A stretch of DNA of 63,987 nt, the filler included, from Intoshia linei (lineage: Eukaryota > Animalia > Orthonectida), in NCBI GenBank assembly GCA_001642005.1. It is 9 parts of 9 records of this genome, joined end to end, with 100 filler letters (N's around TTAATTAATTAA, not from the genome) between each part and the next. Parts side by side here need not be neighbours in the genome. Positions count along the whole stretch, not along the records: positions 1 to 2,847 come from LWCA01002192.1; positions 2,948 to 5,615 come from LWCA01002252.1; positions 5,716 to 28,458 come from LWCA01000586.1; 6 more parts are not named here. One strand, written 5' to 3'. The position numbers and the translations under genes were made by a program. This document shows positions 1 to 10,913 of the stretch, piece after piece (the first letter of the stretch is position 1; each line of letters begins with the position of its first letter). The notes beneath the pieces are model-generated. The model was not told where the DNA came from. It saw only the letters and a program-made list of their open reading frames with translations, and ran no database searches.

Positions 1-301
1 TTTAACATTAATTTGATTTAGTATTTGATATTTAATTAATATATTCTTGAAATTCGGATTAATTGTGAATTATAATAAATTTAAAAGTTATTAACCCTTA
101 CACGACAATAACATGTATAAAAAGAAAAAAGATTAATCATAAATTTACAATTGTTTGTATACTAGGTAGACCTAGTAACTAGGGGTCAACTATATTAAAG
201 TATGATTTATAACGAAAATAAAACCAGTAATATTTAAATTTTTTTAGTAAAATTAGTAATATAACATTTTTTTAATCGCTGTTATAATAATATAATAAAC
301 A

Positions 302-420
302 CTAGGTTCACTGTTATGTACTACGTAAAAACAGGACCTAGGTCTGCCGAGGGCACATTTTTATTCTACCAAAAAAATAAATTCACGTTGAAAATCTAAC
401 TTAAAAATCCACTATTCACT
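302..420 (-). mobile_element. Helitron-like non-autonomous element, 3' end
   Basis: On the minus strand an imperfect hairpin (plus strand ctgttatgta-c-tacgtaaaaacag) precedes a terminal CTAG followed by T. Near-identical sequence occurs at 19355-19430, and in + orientation at about 59740-59784. Confidence 0.65.
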
Positions 421-1180
421 ATTATCCATAAACAAGTGGTTCCCAAACTTGTTTCAGGTGGAACCATCATATGACATTACTTTAATTGTTTAAAAAAGGT
501 TATCTTCATTTCATATTTCACACAGAACTCAACCTACCAAAGTCTAGCTACCCGAAAATATAAAATAGTCACTCAATTTTTTTTTGCAACGATACCTTGT
601 GTAACATAGGTCCTAGATGTGACACCAAGGCTCTTAACCCTTTGAGGAATATTCGTTGACTTTAAATTTAAATACTAAAAAACGGCACAACTTAAATAAT
701 TATAATTACATAGCAATTAAAATATAATTGTATTGTTAGATTAACGCAAGTCGAACTTGAGATAAAAATTACGGAATGAGTGCATTATAAGTGATGTGCA
801 AATTATGTTATTATTAGTGCATTACAGTAGAAAATATATATACCTATAACTTATAAGCCAGGGGTTTCCACACTTTTTTTATGGCGGGCCTGTAATAAAT
901 TATAACAAAAAGCAAGCAAAAGTCAGAAAAGTTAAAATTTGATATGTTAAATAGTTTAACATTTCCAGCATGATGGCACCAATATCGTCAATATTAATTG
1001 GCTAATTAAAATTTTATAAAGTTAATACGGTTAGAAAAGTTAAAATTTTTTCCAAATGTTAGAATTTTTTTTTAAAATTTAATAAAATTAGATTTTGAAA
1101 TGTTCAATTATTTACATGTGCATTGTTTTTAAATTTTACAAATCTGAATCTTAATCAAATTTTAATCTAATAATCAGTTA

Positions 1181-2097
1181 ATGCCTAAATTTCCAAAGTC
1201 GAGACAAGAAAAAATTAATAATATTTTAAGAATATTTCCAAATGAATATAAAATGAAGGACAGCAGTTTAATTTGTATCAAATGTAATTGTGATGTATCA
1301 TTTGAAAAATTATAATATATGCAGAGTCATAGGTCGTCTGTTAAACACAAATCATTAACTTTGAATGATACTACTTCAATCCGTAAATATTGTAAATTAA
1401 AAAGTAATTTTGTCATTGACATAGTAGAACTTTTTGCCTCGGTAGATAACCCTTATACAAGTTAAACAACAAAAAGTTAAAGGAATTTTTTACCAACATG
1501 GCCAAATTTTTACCATCTGAAAATCGACCAGGTATATTTGAAGGAAATTGAAAGGATAAAATCGTGTTGTAAAGATAAATTAATATTGATGATGTTGGAT
1601 GATACCGATTTAAACGATGTTAAATATATAAATATAATTTTCGATACTTTGAAAAACCCTCAAAATTTAATGCTGTTTGACTGTGAAATGATTAAGACAA
1701 ACATAAATGGCCAAATTGTTCTACATAATGTGGATGACACTGCCAAATCTTTTAATATAAAGAGGGAAAATTTTGTTTTATTCGTAACTGATGCTGCACA
1801 GTAATTTTAATTTTTTTATCAATTGCAAATATATATAATATCAATATTAGATACAATACATCGATCACATCACAATTGAAAATGCTGTATCCAAATTTAT
1901 TCCATGTTACTTGCATAAGCCATCTAATGCATAACTGTTGCATGAAGCTTCGACAGAAATATACAATTGTTGACGAACTCATCAGCAGCATGAAATTTCT
2001 TACATTAAAGAATAAATCGCTCCGCGAATTGTTTTATGACATTGGTTATCCACCCAAACCAGTGATAACAAGGTGGGGTACTTGGCAATATTACTGA
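1181..2097 (+). pseudogene. Degenerate hAT-family (CGGBP1/DUF659-like) transposase with a 50-nt intron
   Basis: ATG at 1181 gives MPKFPKSRQEK...CIKCNCDVSFEKL*YMQSHRSSVKHK (Zn finger with an in-frame stop). Later motifs: LMMLDDTD, FVTDAAQ, HVTCISHLMHN, PPKPVITRWGTW. Contains a stop and a frameshift. Confidence 0.8.
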
Positions 2098-2847
2098 AAA
2101 TTTTAATAAAAATCGTAATGATTTGACTTTTAATTAGTAAAAATTTTTACCGGTCCGCTAAATATTTTATATTTACATATTTTAAAAGTTTACTAATTTA
2201 TTCTACTGATTTGATATTTTCAATAAACTTCCTCATAGCTGAATTTGATGAATTTGTTATTCTATCATTGACACAAATTATTCATTATAGGAAAATTATA
2301 GTCAGTAGTATTATTTTATTTTCAAGTACAAGGTTAATTTTAGTTAAATTTAAAACAAGCTATGTGGAAATGTCATTTATTTAGTACATAACATGTACTT
2401 TTTGCGCTAATCTGTGCTTTTTAGATACTTTAATGTATTTCGGCTAAATTACAGAATTTAGAAGCTAATACATTTTAGATTGTTTACTTAAACAATTATC
2501 TATCGCAGTGGTTCTCAACGTTTTTCATTACATGGACCCTTTAGCTATTTTATATTATTCGTTGACCCCCTATTATAAAAAAATTTTTTAAAATTTTTGA
2601 CCATAGTTTTTTCGATTGAAAATAGTTTTTATACAACTGTTTTAAAGTACACTTCTTGTTAACCCTTCAGTTAAAATTTTGACAAAATAATAAAACGAGT
2701 GCAAATTTGAATCGTAAAAGGTGACCAGTGGTTTTCAACTTTTTTGTGTTCGCGACCCCTTATAAACATAAAAAATTTTCGCGATCCAAAAATGTACTCC
2801 AAACATCTTATCAATTCACATAAATGAAAATATTAAAAAAGCATATT

Positions 2848-2947
2848 NNNNNNNNNNNNNNNNNNNNNNNNNNNNNNNNNNNNNNNNNNNNTTAATTAAT
2901 TAANNNNNNNNNNNNNNNNNNNNNNNNNNNNNNNNNNNNNNNNNNNN
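2848..2947. other. Assembly spacer 44N-TTAATTAATTAA-44N (also at 5616-5715, 28459-28558, 48473-48572, 50828-50927, 57413-57512, 61438-61537, 62870-62969)
   Basis: Identical 100-nt structure occurs eight times; the central 12-mer gives stops in all six frames. Confidence 0.97.
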
Positions 2948-3612
2948 ATTCAGTTGAGAGACATAATGATAGATTTTGCTAATTAATCATATTATTGGTT
3001 TCTTTAACCAAAATTTTGTGGATTTCATTAAAGCAAAAATTGTTCACCCAATTTTTAAAGATTTTAAGATAATATTGGTATCATCATTTGGTAGAGTTTT
3101 TAAGGGAAATTTTTTTGACCTAATTTTTAAGATTTTGCAGAAATTTTGGTCAGGTTTTGAAAATGGTCAATTCAAGAATTTATAAAATTTTATTTTTTTG
3201 CATCGTGAGTTACATTACATCATTAATGTGTATGTCTAATGATGAATGTATTGGCAAATAGAAACACTGTGGTCATGAAATACTGTTTGATAACAAATAA
3301 AGTGTATGGGACCCATACTGCATTGAAGTGGTTCTTAACCGGGGTGCATAATCAATTTTTGGAGGTTCACAGAGATATTTTCAATTTTTTTTAATTACAT
3401 TAATAAAATTAATTAATTGATATTTTTATTATTAACAAAAAGATTAGATATAAGACATAATTTCATCTTGTTAATACTTAATAATTAACGCTCATTGAAT
3501 TTATTCACAATCATTTAATAATCAAATTAAATTTGTATTTTAAACTAATTTAAGGTATACAAATTATTTATTTCAATATAGATTATCCTAGAGTTTTTAA
3601 CTTTTTCTAGGG

Positions 3613-4140
3613 ATGTCTAAAAAAAGACAATGAAATAACGATTACATAGAATTTGGTTTTACTTATCGTAATGATGCAGATGAAACCGAAAAACTTCAGT
3701 GCATTTGCTTTTCGGCGTTTTATGCAATAATACCATAAAGCCAAACCTCCTACGTAATCATAAGAATATAAAACACTCAAACCTCATTGAAAGTGTTGAA
3801 GTTATCGCTCGAAAAAGAAGACGTTTTGATATAGGATGAACAGTTGACAATTTATCATTTCTGCTCAATGTAACAAAATTGTAGAGGCATAATATCATAT
3901 TGCTTACATGTTTTCTAAAAAAAAAATATAGCATCATACCATCAAACCCTGTACTCTTAACATTGCAGAACTTCTACTTGGCGAAAAACAAAAAAGGGCA
4001 CTTAAATCAATTCCTTTGTAAAAGGATTAAAAATTTAGTTTACAATTGGACGAATCTACTGATGTGTTTGCAGGATATGTTGTGAGTGATAACATTAAGG
4101 AGGAATATCTGTTTTGTGAGTCATTAAATAAAACTACACG
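3613..4140 (+). pseudogene. Degenerate hAT transposase (Buster/Charlie, SCAND3/ZBED8-like)
   Basis: MSKKRQ*NNDYIEFGFTY...EKLQCIC at the start, SLQLDESTDV at about 4037 and IKEEYLFCESL after it; many stops and frameshifts. A TIR-like agtggttcttaaccgggg lies at about 3327. Confidence 0.8.
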
Positions 4141-5339
4141 AGAATTGATGTATTCGAGATAAATTATATATAAATTTTTTTGTGGGCCCTATAATTTACT
4201 ACTTTTTCCCTCAAATAGAAAACATTTTACATAGTCCCTTGATTTTTCTAGTAGCCCTTTGGGAAATATATTATATATATATGTATATATATATAATATG
4301 AGGGCCTACTTTTTTAATGTATTACTACATAGAATATTTTTATTTTTTTTGTAATATGGTATATTAATATTTCAGTTTTAACTTGGGTCTGTAGTCTAAA
4401 TTAAATGAACTAGTTAATAAATTATTTAATTTAAACTTAAACAAAATAAATACGATCATGTGATTTACGATATTGTGAACGGACATGAAATTGAAAAACA
4501 AACACATTTTTACATTCCGAGTAATCATGCAACATTTGTATTAAAAAGAGCAAATGTCAATCATCTCAGTGTAAAAGAGTATTTCGATCACTTTACTCAT
4601 TTTTGTTTAGTCTAATTATGACCAAGTCAGCAGGGATGGAAACAGCGCAGCTGTTTTTTGCTGTGCAGACAGTAAATGCTTTTTAATTTAACAGCAAGAT
4701 GTATTGCTATTAATAGCAAAAATAAACAGCAATATTTTATAATTTTTTAAATACAAATTTAAAGCTGAAATTACATATCTATGAATGTTGCAATATGATG
4801 AATAATAAATACCCAGATATTTTACCGGTCAGATGTAAAGCACATTTATTTAATTTATTAAAGGGAGATGTTTTCAAAAAAAATATTTTGATGATAAATA
4901 CTTTAAAAACAATTCAAAATTTCTTGATTTTTTTTAGGTTTAAGCTGTCCTTGGACTAACGAATAAAATTTCCGAGAAAATTATTGAGACTAAATATTCT
5001 CAAAGAAAGGTCCAGAAATTTGATGAAAGAATTAATCATGGATACCATTCAATAGTTAAACTTAATATTTAATTAAAAATTTCAAAAATGTCTGAATACT
5101 TTACTAGAAAATATGTAAACCCCTTTCTTTTGAGTTTTTGTAAAAATTGTTATTTTTGCATAGGAATTTTGTAGCGTGTACATAACAACGCAATGAATAT
5201 AAAAATTTACCTTTATCAATTTTTACTCAAGACATTCTTTATATATAAAATTATTCAAACACTTTTAAATATAATTTTGTGTTATTAAATATTTATCGAA
5301 ACTCACTGCAATTATATTTAAATTACAAAGTATTGAAAT

Positions 5340-5612
5340 ATGAATATAAAGAACGTATATAACTTGAAATTTCCAATTCCAGTTTTGGATAACGATTTTG
5401 AGACTTGGAGAAAATCAATCGAACTTTGGTCGAAAACTTGCAACCAATTGGAAGCCGATAAGGTCATTTCAATTATATTTTCATTAAATAGTCAAATTAG
5501 AAAACTCGCAGTGGACAAAAAAACTCCAGAAACTGTTATCATCTTGCTCGATTTATTGCAAAATATGAAGGGGAAAAAGTCAAGACGGTATGTGAAGCTA
5601 CAAGAGAGTTAG
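5340..5612 (+). mobile_element. Possible LTR retrotransposon gag N-terminal fragment
   Basis: PVLDNDFETWRKSIELW resembles gag N-termini; the ORF ends next to a gap. Confidence 0.4.
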
Positions 5613-5715
5613 CAANNNNNNNNNNNNNNNNNNNNNNNNNNNNNNNNNNNNNNNNNNNNTTAATTAATTAANNNNNNNNNNNNNNNNNNNNNNNNNNNNN
5701 NNNNNNNNNNNNNNN

Positions 5716-5903
5716 GGAGCATTATCTTGTTGAAAAATGTAATTTGTACCATAATGAAAGTGAGCAAATAGTAGTAGAAATTCAGATAAGGTAAAAATAT
5801 AATCCTCAGAGTTCTGATTTTCATTCAGAATCGCCAATTTGGATTTGCCTTTTTGTGAAAATGGTCCACAAACCATTACCGATCCACCTCCACTTTGCAA
5901 CAA
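5716..5903 (-). mobile_element. Tc1-like transposase fragment
   Basis: QSGGGSVMVCGPFS...YIFQQDNA, the typical Tc1 core up to the second catalytic Asp; truncated by a gap. Confidence 0.85.
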
Positions 5904-5963
5904 CTTCCCATTTTTATCTATAACATGACCTAAAAATTCAATGGTAGGACAACCAAAAATATA
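5904..5963 (-). mobile_element. Gypsy-like reverse transcriptase C-terminal fragment
   Basis: YIFGCPTIEFLGHVIDKNGK matches the F....VxFLGHxI...G RT motif. Confidence 0.55.
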
Positions 5964-6499
5964 GTTTTGTTTGGTTTCACAGTTAAACAGTACAACAGTA
6001 CCAGTGTTATTATTTCTTACTGCTATGTAAGTGGAAGTAGATTTGATAGTTTTATTTTTTTTTTTTAATTAAAAATATTTGTAGTTCTTCATTTTTACAT
6101 TTATCATTTTTACCAAGCGATCATTTATCAGATGTATTTAAAAAATAAATCTAAATCGAGTTATATTAGAAACAATATAAATTACTTCAAAATTATATTT
6201 GAGTAGAACGTAATCAGCAAAATTCTCTGCTTTTAAATTTTTTTCCTTTAGCATTGATTTTATGGAAAATTGAGAAACTCCTTTCTACACTAATCGACGT
6301 AGATTGGCACATAAGAAGCTTTGCATATTGGCTGGGTGTTATATCTTCTCTTGTTAAATTTTCAATGCTATTGATATCACTGCTCTAGTCTTTTATCAAG
6401 GTAAATTTTGATATTTGCTGGAAGTAAAAGTTTAAATTTTTTAAACTATCCAAAGCATCAGAGAGTGTGTAATTTACTGTACAAGATTCTGTAATTAAT

Positions 6500-7100
6500 G
6501 TATGTAAAAAGTGATAATTGTACATTATTTCAATCAATTCTCGACATAAATTGGTGAGATACAGCAGCTTTTGCTTTAGCGACTATCGTTCCATCATCAA
6601 AACATTCCACAATTGTTTTCACGTGAACAAAATAGGTCGAATAGTATTCAATCACTAATAACCAATCACCAAATCTGGTTTTGCAATATGTGGGAGGTAG
6701 AGGTATAGTGTAAATGCTTTTTTCGAGTGTCGCATTTGGAAAGATCCAAATTCAGCTGTGACATGAATGCGCTTCCTTCAAGGATATGTCCGATGTTGTA
6801 CTAACATTTAATGTATTTTCCATAATATTACGCATCAAATTCTTAGCATATTCAAATATTTTCTGCAAAGTAGTAATACAATTTCGTTTTATGGGAGCTG
6901 GCACAAGTGATTTTAGAGTATAATGAAAATTTTTCTAACATCGATTAATAGTACTTATACCGACATTAACATTATCCTATAAAAAATTTTTTTCTTTTAA
7001 GACTTTTTGAGAGTTAGTATACAGTTTTCATCGAATTTTATCTGGTTTATGATCTCTTTCTTTTTGATCGTTGTTCAACTTCGTCCTTGTAGTACCTCAA
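6500..7100 (-). pseudogene. Mixed degenerate transposase fragments (DUF659-type hAT plus IS630/Tc1-like N-terminal part)
   Basis: PLPPTYCKTRFGDWLLVIEYY at about 6640-6710 (hAT-like); FHYTLKSLVPAPIKRNCITTLQKIFEYA at about 6850-6930 (IS630/Tc1-like). Confidence 0.5.
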
Positions 7101-7717
7101 CGTGCTTGACATTTGACAAGTCCCGTTTTCAAGAACTTATTAACTATGTTAGACACGGTTGTCTAAGGCAAAGACAAGTGTTGCAATATCAGTAGTGGAC
7201 ATTAGGGTGTAAAATTTTTATATATTTTTAGAATTTAATGGGCGATTAGTAATCAATGTGTGTATTTTTAAAATATAAGCACTATGTAGAATTAACAATA
7301 TCTAATGATACTTATCCGAGTTGCACTCATTATTTTAAATATCCTTTGAACTATAATAATAATTAATCTATTTAACTATATTATATAAGGTAAATTAATA
7401 TTTTATATATTTAATTTTATATACAAGATGTGATGTGATAGATAATTATTTATTACAGGTATTAAAGCACCTCCATCGATAGCCATCCTTTACATTCTTT
7501 TTTGAAAGAGACATCAATCTTCCACAAAAATTGCACCTTTTTTCAGACAATTAGTCCAACTTCTTGACAAAACTTTACCACGGTCATTTTATCTTTTTCG
7601 ATTTCATGCAAATTAGCATATGTAATACTATTTAAATTATACATTTTAAGGTTGATAATAAATGTTAGTTTTATTACAAATTTACACGATTTATAGAAAT
7701 ATTAGATATGAGAACTA

Positions 7718-8449
7718 TACCATTTACAATCCAATTTTACTAAACTGAAATCTGATTTTGCAAAACTGAAATTCATTTTCGCAACTTTAGAAACTTAAAA
7801 TTTAATTATAAATAAATGTTTATTGTGTATTATACAAAATAAGTATATTATGATGTTATAAAATTATTCATGAAGATCTTCACCGCGGCTTACAGCACCA
7901 TAGTATCGCTCCACATGATTGGAGAAGTGAAGTAATTTTAGTGAGGTAAGGACATGTATTGCTTCATTAGCAATTCTTTCAAGAATTCGCATGCGATATT
8001 CACAAATTAATACACCATTTATTCTTTTATATGCGATTATATGAGGCATTTTATCCCTAATATAATAAGTATTTCAATAAGTAATAAGTACCTAAGCTTA
8101 ATTTTCACCTCGTTTTTGAAACAACTCTATGAAAGCTCGATTGGATTTAGCAAATATGAATAGGGGGCTAAGCGTATAACTTCAGCATCTTCACCAATTC
8201 TTATGACAGATTCAAGTTTGCTGTGAACAGGAGCATTGTCTATGACAAACGTAGGTGAGATTACGCCCATTTCGGTACATTTATCAATCAAACTTCTTAA
8301 CCAGTCATTGCAATCATTACCTTTAAATGAGCCGCGATGAGTCTTGAAGTTGAATATTCTACTTGCAGACATTGCAGCAATGCAGTGGATATTTGAACTT
8401 TTCGAACTTCATCAGATTTCAGTTTAGTGAAATTGGATTGTAAATGGTA
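7718..8449 (-). mobile_element. Internally deleted IS630/Tc1-type DNA transposon with ~38-bp TIRs and TA target duplication
   Basis: Left end taccatttacaatccaattttactaaactgaaatctga and right end tcagatttcagtttagtgaaattggattgtaaatggta are reverse complements, each flanked by TA. Internal ORF has FVIDNAPVH...RLAPYSYLLNPIE. Confidence 0.88.
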
Positions 8450-8479
8450 TACATAAAAATGAAAAAAAAGTTTAAATTA

Positions 8480-8880
8480 CAGACTTAAACTGAACAAGAC
8501 CCAATTACTGCAGTGTGAGTTCGTTTATTTGACGATCGTTGTAACCCACTTTCATCGCAATTAAATATATTTTTCTGTTTATATTTACTTAATTTTTATT
8601 TGTACTGTCCTCTAAAGTTTAATATGGATTCATCACCAAGTAACTTTGATTCAACACAGATAATTTTGGATGTAATGTTATGCCTTTTTTTAAAGGATAA
8701 GACCCATCCATTTGAAGCAACAAAATCTTTAATGTTATAGTTTTCTGCCATATCCAAAGCTCTTTTTTATAGGTTTTCATCTCGAATCGTGAAATGTTTA
8801 CTTCTTTTAACATTAAACCATTCAAATAATTCTGCGTCAAATATCTGTTTTGTAATTATTTTTAATTGGCTTCTTTTCAT
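8480..8880 (-). pseudogene. pogo/Tigger (CENP-B-like) transposase fragment
   Basis: ELFEWFNVKRSK...DFVASNGWVLSFKKRHNI...NIFNCDESGL, with stops. Confidence 0.8.
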
Positions 8881-8929
8881 GTTGATAGTTTTAGTTTTAA
8901 ACTATATAAAATACAATTGTAAAATAACA

Positions 8930-9060
8930 TATATAACATATTTGAAAAGGCTGATTCACATAGATAAGTGGTAGAAAACGGAAGAATGATCGTTATAGCT
9001 ATTTTTGATAGACATGGAAATTCTTTCTCCATTAAAAGCCAAAAAGTATCTAATGATTTC
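8930..9060 (-). pseudogene. hAT transposase C-terminal dimerisation domain fragment
   Basis: FWLLMEKEFPCLSKIAITIILPFSTTYLCESAFS motif. Confidence 0.85.
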
Positions 9061-9423
9061 TGTTTAAATAGAATTTTAGATGATAGGATAATAAATAGAA
9101 TGGTAACTAATATTATACAGTACTGTACAAATGTTTTGAGCATGTATATTTAAATTTACAAGTTTAACAATAAAGTATCTAAAATATAGACATCACAAAT
9201 TGGAAAAAATATTTGCTTATTAAGAATTTAATGCTGATCAATATACAATTTAAATTTTATCAATCGGTTAAATTTGTGAAAATCAAATTTTACAGATATA
9301 AATACATTTTTAAAAAAAATATGGTCGTACATATATGGTACATATGTTTTGAGCACCCAATTTAAAACCCTAATAAAAATAAATTTAGATTTGTATAAAT
9401 TAAAAAAACAAACATGCATAATA

Positions 9424-10200
9424 GATTTAATATTTTGTAGGTCCGCCCTTGTTCTTAATAACAGAGCCAATGCTATTATACAACGAATCATACAAATTTT
9501 TAATGCGAATATCCTTAATTTCATAGAACTCTTCTTTAGTAATAACCCAAAGCTCGTCTATTGTTTTTGGAGCCATTATTTTGATCCTTGTATTCAGGTC
9601 TGCCCAGTAATGTTCAATTATGTTAATATCAGGATTTTATGCGGGCCAATTTGGTAACAAATCAATAGATTGCGTTTCGAAAAAGAGAGTAGTGCTTCGA
9701 GAAGTATGACAGCTAGCCCCATTTTGTTACAACATATATCCAGGAGTGTACAGAATTGGTAGAGCTTCCAACATTACCCTTTGGTATTCAGCAGAATTCA
9801 TGTTACCATTCACTTTAATGATATATCTGCAACCATTAGATCGAATACCAGCCCATACCATAATTGAAGGTGAAAACTTAACGTTAAGAGTGATATATTT
9901 TGAATTGAATCTACAATTTTTTGATCTTCTGACATGATTTTGAATTAGGATATTAATGTATTTTAGCTTCATCTGAGAAAATAATGTTATTTCAATCGGA
10001 TTGAGTCGAATCACGCCTCATTCTACACCAACGATTTCTTTTTTGCATATGATTTATTGTCAATTTTGGTTTTTGTGCAGAAATACGACCAAACAAAGAA
10101 TTTATTCATAAACAACGCTTTACTGTGTCAAATGAGACGGTTTCAGATAGATCTAATTCATATCTTAACATATTACAGTGAATATTCTCAAATTTGCCGA
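9424..10200 (-). pseudogene. Degenerate Tc1 transposase
   Basis: VKFSPSIMVWAGI...MNSAEYQRVM...QNGASCHTS...WPA*NPDINIIEHYW. Confidence 0.85.
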
Positions 10201-10557
10201 TGTCGGGAAATCGAAAATCAGAAACGAATTTGAGAATCCTAATGATCGAAATTTAGAGAATATAAAGATATAATTTATATTCATTTTTTTAATTTTTAAT
10301 TTATATTGTTTTTTTATAAAAAATGCATCTATCCCTTTTTTTCTTTTCTAAATTTCTTTTTTTATAAATAAATTTTTCTATGTTCTTATTCAATTCATAA
10401 TAAGGATCAGTTATATTATTTGATTGATTTAAATAAAGTTTTATCGTTTGAATAGCCATTAAAAATTCTTCTTCACTAACTTTTTCTGGAATACTTTCCT
10501 TTTTTTCATCTTCATCTTCTTTTATTGTCTTAAGTTGATCACAGACAAACTTTTTAA

Positions 10558-10734
10558 CCCTTTCACTGTCTGATGCAATTTTATGTACTATCACCACACG
10601 TCTGGAATTTATGTTTTAATTTAAACTTGTATTATTTTTAAATAATTACCTATGTGAAAATTTATGAAAATAAAAGAGCAAAGTTTTACAAAATTATGCT
10701 GTGTATAATATAGAATACACAGACAGTGAAAGGG
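10558..10734. mobile_element. piggyBac-type MITE
   Basis: TTAA|CCCTTTCACTGTCT ... AGACAGTGAAAGGG|TTAA; a second copy lies at 21674-21815. Confidence 0.88.
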
Positions 10735-10913
10735 TTAAAGGCTTTTTTTAATATATTATTATTGTAAATATGCAAATTAAATATTCTTTATTTTTTAATA
10801 AGATTTATTGACATGAATAAATTAAAATTAATTTTACATTTAGAAAAAGTCCATCCTCATACGACTATTACATGCAAGATATGTTATTGTAATTAAATTT
10901 CATATTTATTGTA

